Assembly: GCA_051362555.1 (NCBI GenBank)
Contig: CM120641.1
Span: forward strand, 37,516,401-37,580,400
Length of the DNA: 64,000 nt
Source of the DNA: Lingula anatina
Lineage: Eukaryota > Animalia > Brachiopoda
Direction of reading: 5' to 3'
The position numbers were made by a program, and so were the translations under genes. Shown in pieces: positions 1 to 14,009 of this stretch (position 1 is the first letter of the stretch; each line of letters opens with the position of its first letter). The notes under the pieces are model-generated. The model saw nothing but the letters and a program-made list of their open reading frames with translations. It was not told where the DNA came from and ran no database searches.

Positions 1-3000
1 GTCCCGAACTTGGCAGCGGGGTTGATTTTCCATTATTTACCTCTATTTCGAAAGTGCACAGTGTCAGACCACAAATTATGCTATTATAGCTTGTTATTGC
101 CTAAACCATATCTAATATATTAATGCGTGTAAGGAGGTCTATCCCCTTACCGAGTCATTTTCATTTTTACCATGTCATTTCCTTCTGTCATGCAGTATTT
201 TTTAAAATCTAACACCCATTTTGGTATTTGTATTTATTTGTACTCTTTTTTATCTGGTGATGGCTGTTTTTTTTCTTGTGTGTTACATTCGAAAATTCAA
301 TAATATTAGCTTGAAAGCAGATGAACTGGCGGGGAAAACTTCTAACAAACGGATCTTATTTGCGCTTTAAGTACTTTTTTTCCATAAAAACCAATTTCAA
401 CTTCACATTTCCTCGCATTTGAAAGCATAGGGCGGAATAACATTTTATAACGTGTATTTCACCTTTCAAATAATGCTCGGTATTTCGATATGTGTATATG
501 ACAATTCTAAAAAAAAAAAAAAAAAAAAAAAGGGAGAGAGAGAGAAAATACCCGCCTCTCTGTGTATTGTTAAGATAGACTTAATCAATGTAGGCCTATA
601 TATAATTTGCGAAAAGCAGATCATAAAAAGTTATTGAAAGAAACGCCAGTCCGTTTAGTTAATATGCCTTTATAAATGATTCTGCTAGTCATGGAGTGCG
701 ATAGCTTTTTTTAAAAAAACAACATTAGTATTTCGTTGTATAACACTTTATAAATCGAGGCCCCTATTTTTTTTCGCAGTTATTTAATGTTTTTTTTTTA
801 AATTCTAATTAAGGGGGTGGTTTTATCTTTAGATTTATTCTAAAAAATACTTAAATAGGGTGTTTGCGTTTGTAAATGCTCGTTAAGATCCAAACATAAG
901 TTAATACTAATTTGTGGTAAGAGATAGGGGCCTATTCATCTGTTGACATCATTGTCAATGCATTAGAGAAAACTTTAGGGTGTCCCTTTACTTCTCAATC
1001 GCATCTACACTTATTCAAAGAATGTTGCATAAATTTAGATATATTCTATATTTTAAGGTTCAAATTAGCAGTGAGCATATACTTTACAAGCTTTTGATTG
1101 CATCAAATCAATACGAAATCATTGATAAGTGTAAATCTAGCATAAGTTCGTCTTGAAACTCTTCTAACTGGAGATTGAAAAAGACGAACGCTGCCAAGGA
1201 CAGGACAAGCTAGGAAATGGGAATGTCCTCTATACAACCACATGGAATGGGATGAATCTCACGAAAACATTTTGAATGTTTATGTGAAAAGGTAAGGTGT
1301 ATATATGTTGTGTTGTATGTAATTGATTGAAAGTGGTTTGCATCAACTTGGTGAATCGTTTGAATTACGCAGATATCCGTCGACTGCCAACGTCTATGCT
1401 AATTCAAGTAACTGAATTATATCATGTCACTTTTTTGCAAGATTTTTATTTTCAGTGATATACTCTTTTGAAAAACGATTTTTTAAAAAGTTCTTAATAG
1501 AACTTACTGTTTCTATATAAGTACTCCTGAAATGAGCAGATTCTCAAGAGGTCCAGCTTTTTATGGAAAACCTAAGCTAACTGTCACAGTAGAAATGTAA
1601 ATGTACTCATTCTAATTTCCACTGGTAGTTGTTGACATTGAAGAACTATCAGGACAAAATTGTTATTCTTGGATCTAAGTACAGCATTTGTGTCCTTTGA
1701 TTTTGGAATGGTGATATAATCTAATCATTTCCTTGTTTGTGATCTACTTACTAGTACCATGTTCCTCATTCTTCACCCAGTTGACCTTCAAAAAGTCAAC
1801 TGTCCCCAATCTATGAGAAAAACCCAGCTTTAGAATAAGATCCTTTTTATCTTAAAGACATCTTGTTCAAAATGTGGTTACCTGTCACTGATCTACAGAA
1901 AACCCCTTTCTTTACACTCAACCAGCTCCTACATAGTAGCACAAAAATTCATACGTTAGTATTCCTCTTTACATTTTTTTATACTTGTATGTACTGTATA
2001 AACTTACACATGGATGTTACATGTTTAAAATGGAATTCAAGTCAGCTATGCAACTTGATATGGGGGTCTCTCAAATCTTTTTCTTACCTTTCATGTCCTC
2101 TAGTGGATCGGTAAGTGTTGAAAAGTCATAAATTATATTTTGCCATTGACATCACTGTGAATGAGAAAAAGATTGGGTAAGGCTCGTCTATCGGTTATGC
2201 TGCCATGAAATTGTTCACCCATCGAAGATGGCCATTAACCCCATAATTAGGTTAAATTATATTTCCCACCCGAAAAGACAAAACTTTAAATTAATGATCC
2301 CTGGCTTACTTCTTACATTCAAAGAACTAGGTAAGAGGTGAGCAAAGGTATTGATGGCTCCAAAAATGGAACTAATTTGCCACCTATACTTATACCTCTC
2401 AATCAATAGCACATATAGAACATATCCAAAAAATGTAAGTAAGAGTGATAACACACAAATTTTAGGGCCACATCAGCTCCCTGGTTTGATAGATGTCTGC
2501 ACCTTTTTTAATAATAGATGAAATTGGGCCTCAAACCACTGCCATAAAATTATTTATAGCTGGAAAAAAAGAGAGCAGACTTTTGAGATATTACCTTTGT
2601 CACAACTGTACAATATCAAATGATAATTTAACTAAAAGCTGTGTCAGTCAGTCAGTCTAGGATCTTTAAATGGAGAGATAAACAGTGTGGGAAACTGAAA
2701 GTCAGCATGAACCTCATTCAGTGGCTTGCCCTTCAAACAATAAAATAATTGCACTTGTATTTTACTTGCTTGTATGCTTGACTGTATTCTTTGTCCTTTT
2801 TATCCCAATTGGCAAACAGTTGGAAATCCCATTTATGTCTACCATTGTATATACCTATAGCATTTTATATTTTATGTGCAGTTGTATTCCACATTCATAT
2901 TATTATTTTGTTAAAATGATTAATCTGGTGTCAGATAGTGTAGTCTGTTTCTGTTTGTGAAGAAGTGTTACTGTCATGACACTGACCCTCATTGTGTAAA

Positions 3001-3938
3001 CACGATCTATGAAACAAGCACATTGGAGATTTAAGAAAGACCTTCAGGAATCATGAGGGGATGTGAAGGGTGACCCCCCCTCCCCCTCCCCCCAACCTCC
3101 ACCACCATTATTTTAGACGTATGGTTTCAAAATCCTGGCTAACTCCTGATTTCATGTGTTCAAAGACCTTTCCATTATCTTTAAGAAAATTGTATTTTGC
3201 TGCAAAGCAGCCATGAATTTTCACTGCTTTAAAATGCCTACATTTTGATCAAATTAAATGTTATGGTATATCAGAGTTTTATAAACAATTATTTTTCAAG
3301 AGTTAAGATGCCACATTAAACAGGCCTAAAAAAGCCCTTTTTTAGCTTTTAATTTAAAATTTAATAAATTAGCTTTTTTCTCTGCCATGATTTCAAAGCT
3401 GCACACATAAGATTCAGCTGAAATTCTCTGTGCAGTTTGCATTGATATATGTTATGATGTTCATATACCATTATCACCATATATGTATCATCCCTCTAGG
3501 TATCTGCTTTAAATGTCATTTTCCTTATTTGAGCATGGCCTTATGTGGAAAAGAAAATATGAAGTTTATTAGCTAGGTCATAAATATTGATGCTAACCAA
3601 GAGTGCTTTTAAGAAATAAGGTCATAGAACTGGTGTATGCTGCTGAATTCTTTTTTTTTTTAATTTGATTCTACTCACAGATTTGACAGCAAGGGAAACA
3701 CCATTATTTTTCCCATGTTAGTTATACATAAGGGCAGTCCATCTGTCTTCTAGGTCATGCTAAGTAGAGCTTGAAATACAAGTAAAAATATTGAATGTTA
3801 CTTGAGGTGGTGTACTGCCACTGATGCATACACAGTTACATTGTCTGCTTTTTTAGTTGTCTTTTTTCTTTGACATTTTGCAGGATTAAAGGTGAACAAA
3901 TACTGAGTTAAAGGAATACATTATAGCAACACAATAAA

Positions 3939-4820
3939 ATGTCCAGGTGGAATTCAGCAAAACGCCTTGTTTTATATGGCCTAGCTGCAGGTGGCGTTGG
4001 AACAGCATCAGTATACATGATATCAAATAGGAGGAAGCATATTGCACAGGTAAGTTTAATAAAAAGTAATTTTCTTTTGTATTACTCTGTTTAAAATACA
4101 TTAATTGGGTCTTATAGCTTCACAAATGTATGTTTAAGCTATAATAAAGAAAGATGCGTATCTAATTTGAATGAAGATTTAAACTTTAAAAATGAAGAAG
4201 AAAGGCCAGAAATATTTCATCTTGAGTTGAAAGCTGAATGGTAAAATAAAAATTGTAGAAATATTAAAAACAGTTGGTAACCTTAAGTATTCCTCCCATG
4301 ATATGTTTTTTATGATAATAATTCCATAGTCCTCGGGTATTAGCTGTAGCGGCTCATAACACAAGTTGTCCTCACTGACCTTTGTATGAAATGCAGCAAA
4401 CAAAACTGACACCGCAAGAATTATTTATGATGAATCTGTTACTAAAAAAGTACCCATGTAGATTAGGGCCTTCTTTAGTAGGATAAAACATTGTTTAAAT
4501 ATAATATTTTAGTTTATTGGTATTGTAGTGTAGTGTAGTGTAGTATAGTATAGTATAGTATAGTATAGTATAGTATAGTATAGTATAGTATAATACCAAA
4601 ATATGCCTTGATTCATGAAAATCTGTAATTGATAAAATGTTTTTGTTATTTTTAGGATAACCCAAACGTATCTGCTGAGAGGTTGAACCAGCCCCTGCCT
4701 ACAAGAGAGGAACAGCTGGCCTCCTTGGAAAATGACCAGTTTGATGTCTTGGTGATAGGAGGAGGAGCCACAGGGGCAGGAGTTGCTTTAGACACTACAA
4801 GCAGAGGTATATCTATAGCC

Positions 4821-4855
<35 letters not shown>

Positions 4856-7800
4856 AAAAACATCTTGTCTCAGTCAAGGTTTTCCTATGTTTAAGAACAA
4901 CAAGAACTGCACTTAACTTTTATGGGCTTATTCATTTACATTTATTCACTTAAGTTATTAGAAAATGATTTGAACGATAAAAGTTTTTTGTCAATTAGAC
5001 AAAAATGGAAATTTGTCCTCTAAAGACTGTTAGAACAGATACTTTTAGTGCATCCATGTGTATGAAAGGGCTATTTTAGCATTAAAAACAGTCAATTCAA
5101 CTAAAATTGTACTTGATTTTTTTAAAAAAAGAAACATTTATTTTAGGTTTGAAGACTGCCCTCGTGGAAAAGTTTGACTTTTCTTCTGGCACAAGCAGTC
5201 GCAGTACAAAGTTAATTCATGGAGGAGTGCGTTACCTACAAAAGGCAGTTTTTAATTTGGATTTGGAACAGGTAAGAATATTTAAGTGAAACCGGTAGAA
5301 ACACTAAGGAAGTCAGTTTATATTTTGAAGTAACAATTAAAGTTACCAGTTGTGTTTTCAAAATTAATATCCAGCAGGCACTCAAATATTGTAAACAGGT
5401 TAGGTTGTGAATAGAAACATTATAATTATGTGACACATCTCAGATTAAGGGGCTATGATAATGTATGACTTCTGTGTTTTAGTACCGAATGGTGAAAGAA
5501 GCCTTAGCAGAAAGGGCGAACCTCCTAAAAATTGCTCCACATCTCTCGTACCCATTGCCCATTATGTTGCCTATCTACAAGTAAGTTTTCCTATAAAGAA
5601 AAACACTTTAATATTGAATATACTGAAATAATACAAAATATAATTGGAGCATCCAATAGAAATTAAAGATGATTTTTTAAAGAGATTTATGTTGACTGCT
5701 TACCAAGACAAGAGATGCAAAGATAAAAGAGGAATTAAGGTTTATCTTTTTTTCAAAGATAAAAGGCGAATTAAAGTTTATCTTTTTTTATTTGCATTTA
5801 TTTGGATAGGTAGGTAGCTTTCTATTTTGAATTAATTATTATCTCCTTTTTGATCAGATGGTGGCTTGTTCCTTACTACTGGGCAGGAATCAAGTGCTAT
5901 GATTTAGTGGCAGGAAAACAAACACTGAAATCAAGTTATCTGCTTTCAAAGAGTCAAGCCTTAGAACTATTTCCAATGTTGAAGAAGGACCAATTGGTGA
6001 ATGCTTTGGTGTATTATGATGGTAAGTATTCACTGTTTAATATCCATCCCATCGTTATTATAATGTAGTATTCCTATGTCAAGCTAAAGTTGAGTACTGT
6101 CTATGGCATTTCACATGTTATTTTTAGGTATGAATACTGCATATTGCTTAACTTTTTAATCATATTTTATTACAAGGTAATTGTAGAATTATTACTGTAG
6201 GTTGATTATAATCAATAACATATTGATATTAATAATTGTGGAATTTATTAATATTTCCAGGTCAACATAATGATGCCAGAATGAACATTGCCATTGCCCT
6301 AACTGCTGCTAGACTTGGGGCCTCCATTGCCAATCATGTTGAGGTGACAGAAATTTTGAAAAGTGAAGATGAAAATGGGAAGCTTGTCTGCAGTGGTGCC
6401 AAGATGAAAGATCGCATTACAGGTGACTGGAAATAATACATTTTTATCTCAAAGCTAATCTCACATATAAGTCAAGGATTATGATATTGTATAATTTGAG
6501 GGTTACCATCTGAGCAATGTAGATCTGCCATAACATTTTAATATATTGTATAATTTAAGGATTACCATCTGAACAATGTAAATCTGCTGACACATTTTTA
6601 TAAGTATGTATGCCATGTACCAGTAGGTGCTATTACATTTTTTTTTCATTTTTCATTGTGCCTGTTTTTTGCAGGCAAAGAGTTTGAGGTCAAAGCTAAA
6701 TGTGTGATCAATGCCACTGGGCCATACACAGATTTAATCAGAACTAAAGATGACAAAACAATACCCAAAATTTGCCAGCCCAGTTCAGGAGTTCATGTTG
6801 TACTACCAGATTATTACAGGTGTGCTGTATGTGTAGAAATTGTTGTGAAATGTGCACTGTTCTTGTTGATTTTACCTCAGTCGTCAGAAAAAGGGTTTAA
6901 TATCACAGTTAACAGTCAGTTTATCATATTAAATTAGAGTTCTTAAGAAAGACAATATGCAATTTCTTTTAAAGAAAACCTTTTTAATGAAAAAAAAATG
7001 GCTATGTTTATAAAAGGCAAAAATGCTTCTATTTCTAGCCCAGAGAGAATGGGTCTCCTAGATCCATCTACCAGTGATGGCAGAGTAATTTTCTTTTTAC
7101 CATGGCAGAAGGCCACTCTGGCAGGTAATTCCTAATAGATCATTTATTTCTCCAGGAAACTTTTTTCTTTAAAGTTAGTTTTCTGCTGCTGTCCACTGTT
7201 ATATAAATACAACTTATAACAGAAAACTTAAATATTTTAGACAGTTAGGGTATGTGGCATAGGCAAAAAAAAAAACAGAAAATTGTTTCTTGGGTGAACT
7301 CATGCTGTATGCTAAATGAATGTATGCTATTTTAGGTACAACTGATAGGAAATGTGAAGTCACAGACAACCCTAGTCCATCAGAAGAAGAGATTGCTTTT
7401 ATTTTACGTGAAATTCAAAAATATCTTGGCCCAGATGTAGAAGGTATTGAATATTTTTACTCAAGGGATGCAGTAAGGCTATCTATCAAAATGGAATTTG
7501 CTTGCCAAGAATTAATAAATATTTGATGAAAATGGGCTATCTTCAGAAGAATTTGGGGGGGGGGGGGGTATTCATTATTGATTTATTGTCAGTTTAGATT
7601 TAGGTATAAGCTACATATTTAGCATTGGCCCATATCCCAGAAGCCGAGGGCAGTTTATGTCTGTGTGCAGATAGTGTGGAATTTAAAAAAAATTACCAGT
7701 CTAACATGAATTTCTTGCAATTTGGCATAAACAAGAAACTTAATTGGATGGCCTAGAAACAAAAATACTAGAATAAACTGAAAATGTAAAGTACATTTCA

Positions 7801-10800
7801 TATGTATAATGTATGGGAAGTGAAGAAATGGCTGCATTGATTGGATTTGAACTGACTTTCAGTGCGCCGTGGTGATGTGCTGTCTGCATGGAGTGGCATT
7901 AGACCCTTGGTGTTAGACCCCAATGCTAAAGATACTCAGTCTATTGCCAGGAATCACATTATTGAAGTCAGTGGAACCAACCTCATCACTATTGCAGGTT
8001 AGTAGTTGCAGCATTGCTTTGTGATATGAGTAACATTCTTCATTGCTTGAGTTATGTTCATTACTACAGTAACCATACTTATAAGTATTTTGGAAGGCAG
8101 TTTGTCCCAGCATATGTTACAAATTGTACTATGAAAATATAATTTTATGATGAACTACATAATTATATTAGCTCTTTTTTATGACTAGAAGTTAATGAAT
8201 AATGAAAACAAAACAATGAATTAAGCAAAGTAAAAATCATGTGGAACAATCTTCTATTCTGAGAAAACTATTCCAGCATGTTTTACAAATTACAGCATCA
8301 TAGTATCACATGAAGACCAGAGAGTTCGTAATCTTACAAAAAAAAAATGTCCACATATATTTATCCATGTTTTTTAATCTCAGGTGGTAAATGGACAACT
8401 TACCGCAGTATGGCAGAGGAGACTGTGGACAAGGCCATAGCTGTCTGCAATCTCAAGCCCAAAAATGGCTGTGTGACTAAGGGCCTGTTACTTGATGGTG
8501 CTGCTGGCTGGACTCCTACTATGTTTATCAAGCTGGTGCAGGATTTTGGTCTGGAGAATGAGGTATTGTGAAAATAACATAACTCCCCCCCCCCCCCCCA
8601 AAAAAAAAAAAAAAAAATTTTTTTTTCATAAGCTTTATGCAGCACAAAAAAGGTTTGACTCTTTAGAGAAATTTTTCAAAGAAATTTCAAAAATTATTAC
8701 ATTCTGTTATGTATTCAGTTTGTTTTCCTTTCTTTTTCTTTTGCCAACACAGTACACACTGTCATTTCAGGTTGCTCAACACCTTGCTGACACATATGGT
8801 GATAAAGCTTTCAAGGTAGCTAAGATGTGCTCTCTGACTGGAAAGAGATGGCCTGTGGTGGGCAAAAGATTGCATGAAGAGTTCCCCTATTTGGAGGCAG
8901 AGGTAAATATGTTCACAGGGCTTGTAAGGGAAAATACTTTGGGATCTCAGGACACAGTTTCTACCTGTACTATAACCATTTTTCATTATATAGGCACAGA
9001 TAGTCTTTGAACATAGACGCACAAGCATTGAAAATGCTTATCTTGTATCACTTCTACTTTAGGTCCGTTATGCGTGTCGTGAATATGCAAGGACAGCTGT
9101 GGATGTGATTGCTCGGCGGACAAGACTCTCCTTCCTAAATGTCCATGCCTGTGAGGAGTCCTTGCCAAGAATTGTGGAAATTATGGGAGAAGAGTTGGGT
9201 TGGAATGCTGCAAAAAAGAAGGTTGTTTTATGAAATGGATGTTTATATATATATATCCATTTTTGAAATGTTTTATGAAATATATATATTGAGAGAGATG
9301 TTTAGGTTGTTAATTAGAAAGATCCCATTAAGTCATTCATCAATCAAAGTATCAATGCTGTACTCTTAAAAATATAAATTGTCAGTTTATATACATAAAA
9401 GTAAGTACAAGTGTATTATTTTAATGATTGCCCAAATTAATAGATTTATATTCAATAGATAAGAAAAGGTTTTTCAACAATAAGTTAACATTTTAGGAGG
9501 AAATTGAGCATGCCACAGTATTCCTCAGAAAAGAAATGGGTCTACAGCTAGGCAAGGGACTGAGGGATATACCTGTCAATCTTAGCAAGGGAGACATAGA
9601 TAAATACATGAAGAAGTTCCGTGAGCTAGATGGAGACAACAAGGGCTACATCACAGTTAATGATATCAGGAAACATTTGAAGGTAAGTCCAGCATTTTTC
9701 ATTATATTAGTACAAAAAAGTATTATCAAGCTAGTGTCTATGTGTGACTCTCAGTGTTAAAGCAGGTCATGTTAATTATCATAGTCAAACTGTATACTTT
9801 AAACAGCCAAGTCAAAACATTAGTCCTTAAATGTGTCCCATTTTAAACAGAATGTGTGTCCTATGTTTTAAATGAACATAATAATTTTGTTGAATTAGAG
9901 TCATGATTTATGTGCTTTTAGTAATTTCTAGTTCAATTTCTTGTTCTTCCCTTGTAGTCTTGATACATTACGTCCATTTTTTCAGGGTTGTACATTTTTA
10001 TCTATATAGATCATAATGGATTAAAAATTCAAGACATTAAACAAATGTAAATTGTGTTGATGATTAATTGGATTTCACCCACATAATTTTTATTTTGATA
10101 ACTGTCTTTTTCCTGATTTTTTCCTTAAAACATATATTCCCATGTTTTTGTGATTTAAACAAGTGATTTAGCTTTCCATAATTATTTTTTGTTTCCCAGG
10201 AAGAGCCAGATTTATACTTAAGGGTATGATACAGTCTTGATAAGGGTTAACATTGCTTTGTACTGTATTCCTGCCTTGCAACTTGTGCCATTTCTCATTT
10301 TGTTCATTCGATGCTGCTACAGAGCACATTAATGGAGGGGTCACCACTCATCATTCAAGAAAAAGTCATCTGCATGAATTAAAAATGTAGATGTACAATT
10401 TTTTCACTGAAAAAAAAATTAATCATTCAAGTGTGATGCCTTACAATATTTGTAAATGTTTGTTTTTTTGCTTTTTTGACTGTTTACAGTCCACTTCTGT
10501 TATAAAAATATGCAGACATTACAACGTACAAACTTGACTTTAAAAAAAGCACAAACTTGATTTGATAGCAGGCATCTAGTGAGTGATATGAGTAACTGGG
10601 GTTATTATCAGTTTTATTGTCCCCTGAATGTTTGCTTTGAAGCATGAACTAAAGCAGTGTTTTTGTGAGTGAGAGGATTTCAGTCTGATAAGTCTTTTAC
10701 AACTTTTGCTTTAGATGACCAACAGAGACCATTGGCCTTGATTAAGAGAACTTTACCAAATGGCTGACTCACCTGGAAATCATTTCAAGCTTTACTAAAT

Positions 10801-13123
10801 GGTTGTAACATTACTACATTACTCATTGTTATCATTGCTTTGAGTGCTAAATGGGAAATGTTGCTATTTATATTTTAGCTGTATGCACATATATGACCAG
10901 ACTTTTCAGCTTCAGCTACTGCTTTATATGATATTCACTTTGATATTTGCTTCCTTTAGATATGCATGATCATCATATAGTTATGGACTCCGTATACAGA
11001 AACATCTGTTTGCCACAGACTTCATAGATCATGGTCAAATAGAGCTTTTTTTTCCAATGGGTAGGAGGTGGTTGAAAACAAGCTGTGAATTTTATGTTTG
11101 CATGTTGGAAAGGTATCAGATAATTGCAGTATTGGATGAGAACATCTGCACATTTGGTTCTCTAGGGAAGCTTCACTAAAATGCCTTAGACCCTGTTCCC
11201 ATACCTTGATCAATCTAGTAGGATCGACCCATCTAAGAGGAAGTTCTTGCTAAATTGCATTCAGCTTAAATGGCACTGATGTCTGGCATGCCTACTGAAG
11301 CTATTAGGGGGTAATCAACTATTGTTGAGCAGCTTAAGTAGGCGTGCCAGGCATCTAAGCTGCTGAAACTGTATGCAATTTATTGAGAATCCCCTGGGAG
11401 ATGGCTCGATCCTGCTAGATTGATCTAGGTATGGGACTGGGGTTTTAAATGAAATGCACTGTCCAAGTAATATTGTGTCTCTGCTTATTAGGTCCATTTC
11501 TTAAGCATTTATAAAATATATTTAGTCTCATACCTCAGCATGATTGGTGACGGAGGCATATACTAAGTATTAGGTTTCACTTTAATTTGCAATAATCTCA
11601 TTGTAACACATGTTGTTTTATATTCAAAATTATTTTTTTAGTAACTGTTACTCTCATTAGTAATATATTTCTGTTATAAATTAGACATTATAGTAGAAAA
11701 TGAAATACATTATAAATCAAGAAAAACTGAGCGAAAAAATCCATCTGAATTTTTGTTTGTAGGATACTTTTGATGAAGGAAATCATTGGGCACTTAAGTT
11801 TCCACTGTTAAAAAAACATGCACATGCAAATGTTCACATCCAGGAACCACTCAATGAAGTACTCCATGGAAACAATCATGCAAAGCCTAAAACTATAAAT
11901 ACGAATGTTAGACTCGGCAAATTTAGGTTGTAAGACTTGTTTTAAGTGCTTTAATTTTTAGGTGATACATGTAAGATACGCACAAAGCATAAGAATGCTG
12001 TCTCCCTCATCACAGTGTTAGCATGTTATCTCTTAACCATAAAGTGATCAATGAGTTTCCACTATGCCACTCATTCTGATATGCTCATATTTTTAGACAG
12101 CACAAGTGACATAAAACATGACTTTTACAAATGTTTTTACAATTGGCTTTTCCAAAAAAGCTTAAATTTATTTACAGCAAATAATGCCCTGGCCTTCCTT
12201 TGTTACAAAGTGTTCCTGAAATAGTGATCTTTTAAGATCGAACCCCATTTGAACTATAGCATGTATATTTAAAGTGAGGTCAGTGCAGTTGCTTTTTAAC
12301 AAGGCAATTGGAAATGCTTATTGAATTTGCTTAGCCTTTGAAGAATTATAAGTTTGTGTGGTTCAGGAGCAGTATGTTTCAGGTGGTATCAGTCACTTGC
12401 TTTTTTCCCTTTGTCTGCTGTATGTACCCACTGGAACAGGGAGAGAAATGCTGTTGTGGTATGGTATCTTCCTATTCGCTAATCTAAAAGTAGTACTTAA
12501 AAGCTTTGGTGATGTATCAGGCGGTTTCTCTTACTAAACTTACAGAAATCTGGTGAGCGTGTGACTGGTGAACAGCTCCATGATATTCTCAATGACGTGG
12601 ACCTTGCTAAAAATGGACAAGTTTCCACTGGAGAGTTTTTGCAGGTAGGAGTCAATAGACTGTCTGAAATTCACTATTATTGTTGCAACAGAGCTGCATA
12701 TGGTTTTTGGATGTGTCTGTAAAATATTGTGCACACATTGGCATTTCTTAAGCATGAAAAGAGTATGATTTGCCATTGGAAGTAGTGTTGCATTTGTTTT
12801 TTAGAGTGAGGATCAAGTGTGTTCGCATGGAAATATAATTTTCCAATGCAGTGAATAGTACTTTATTGGTAATATCTTAGAAATTGCTTTTTGTAAGTAG
12901 TAAAGACATTCATCTCCTCCTTTTACTCAGCATTATTCTTTGAAGTATATTTTAAAACAGTTAAAGTAAAAAAATTCTGGAAAAGTGCCTTACTTTTGCT
13001 TTCTTTCAGTTGATGCATGCCATTCAAACTGGAGCTGTGGCACACAGTCGTTTAGCTACTGCCACTGGGTTAGACAAAGAGAGGCAAGCCATCCCTGTCA
13101 ACCGCAGTGGTGGAGGGGTGTAA
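3939..13123 (+). CDS. GPD2: Mitochondrial FAD-dependent glycerol-3-phosphate dehydrogenase, 16 coding exons: 3939-4049, 4656-4806, 5147-5271, 5483-5580, 5858-6021, 6261-6422, 6675-6819, 7039-7124, 7336-7443, 7863-7997, 8384-8562, 8771-8902, 9063-9221, 9497-9682, 12546-12644, 13010-13123
   Basis: Spliced translation gives an N-terminal targeting/TM segment ([21 protein letters not shown]), the FAD motif [40 protein letters not shown], two EF-hand-like loops and the C-terminus [10 protein letters not shown]. Junctions are GT-AG. Confidence 0.96.
4525..4591 (+). repeat. (TAGTG)n(TAGTA)n pentanucleotide microsatellite
   Basis: Read directly from the sequence. Confidence 0.95.
6485..6590 (+). repeat. 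Tandem duplication, 2 x ~59 bp, in a GPD2 intron
   Basis: tattgtataattt-agg-ttaccatctga-caatgta-atctgc occurs twice. Confidence 0.8.
10200..10223 (+). CDS. GPD2: Candidate 24-nt GPD2 microexon (EEPDLYLR), or a short alternative terminal exon (EEPDLYLRV*)
   Basis: ttttttgtttcccag|GAAGAGCCAGATTTATACTTAAGG|gtatga. Phase 0-0, matching the flanking exons. Confidence 0.4.
11190..11443. repeat. Long imperfect inverted repeat (~120-bp arms) in the long GPD2 intron
   Basis: tcccataccttgatcaatctagtaggatcg pairs with cgatcctgctagattgatctaggtatggga. Inner arms gatgtctggcatgcctact / agtaggcgtgccaggcatc. Confidence 0.9.
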
Positions 13124-14009
13124 AGTAGAACACTGTATGGAGTTCCGAGACTGTCTTCAAGCATCAACTTTCTGACATGGTTCTGAACCATAGTCATCAG
13201 AATCTTAACATTAATTCAAGAGACGTTTTTTTGGAATGAAAAAAAAATGTTTGTTTAATATTGTATAAACGGTTCTCAGCACAACAGTTGTATGAATTAC
13301 AAATTTCAGAGCACCGCGCCAGGTCAGATATGAAGAATACTCCCAAAGATGAAAATAACCTCAAATTATCTGGATACAGGCTTCCCGATAAAAGATCAAC
13401 ATATTATAATAAGCTTCATTAGAATTCCAGTTGCATTTTTTTTTTTTTTTTTGATCAGGTGTCTTTCTTACTTTTGAGCACTTCTTAGAAAATTGGTTTA
13501 TAATTTTAACTTGAGTTTCTTGTTGTACATCTTTTGTAGGGCAATGTTTTTAATTTTGATATGCTAAGACTTAATTTGACAGCATTTTCTTTCCTAGGTG
13601 TAAAAATAAACTGCCATTTAAATTTTTTTATATTTTCTTTCTTTTACACAGTACAACATACAATAAATCCTCCACTGAAAATGAAACGATGCTACTTAAG
13701 TCAAATATCAGTCACTGCTGGCATTTCTTTGCCTCTGCTCACACTCCATGTTGTATAGGACGAGTTTTTAATTTAGACTGCGTAACAATTACTTTTATCA
13801 AATACAAACTGTCTTAGAAAATGTCTAATGCTACGTCTGGAAGTTGAAAAGCAGAATATATTGTTACATTAACTGAAAAATGTATAGTAATTCTTTTTTC
13901 CAATTTCAGAAATTCTTAATCAGTCCTCTGCAAAATGTAGTGTCAAATCCAGTATTATCAAACATGATTGAATGTAATCAAATCCAAAGTTCTGAACATG
14001 CTCAAGCCA

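Noticed and set aside
1141-1291. Short ORF and AAG|GTAAGG donor upstream of GPD2
   Set aside because: Plausibly a non-coding first exon of GPD2, but its start cannot be defined and the ORF is only 12 codons.
11763-11933. Acceptor followed by a 56-codon open frame (DTFDEGNHW...) in the long GPD2 intron, as a duplicated EF-hand exon
   Set aside because: No EF-hand similarity, so it cannot be distinguished from chance.
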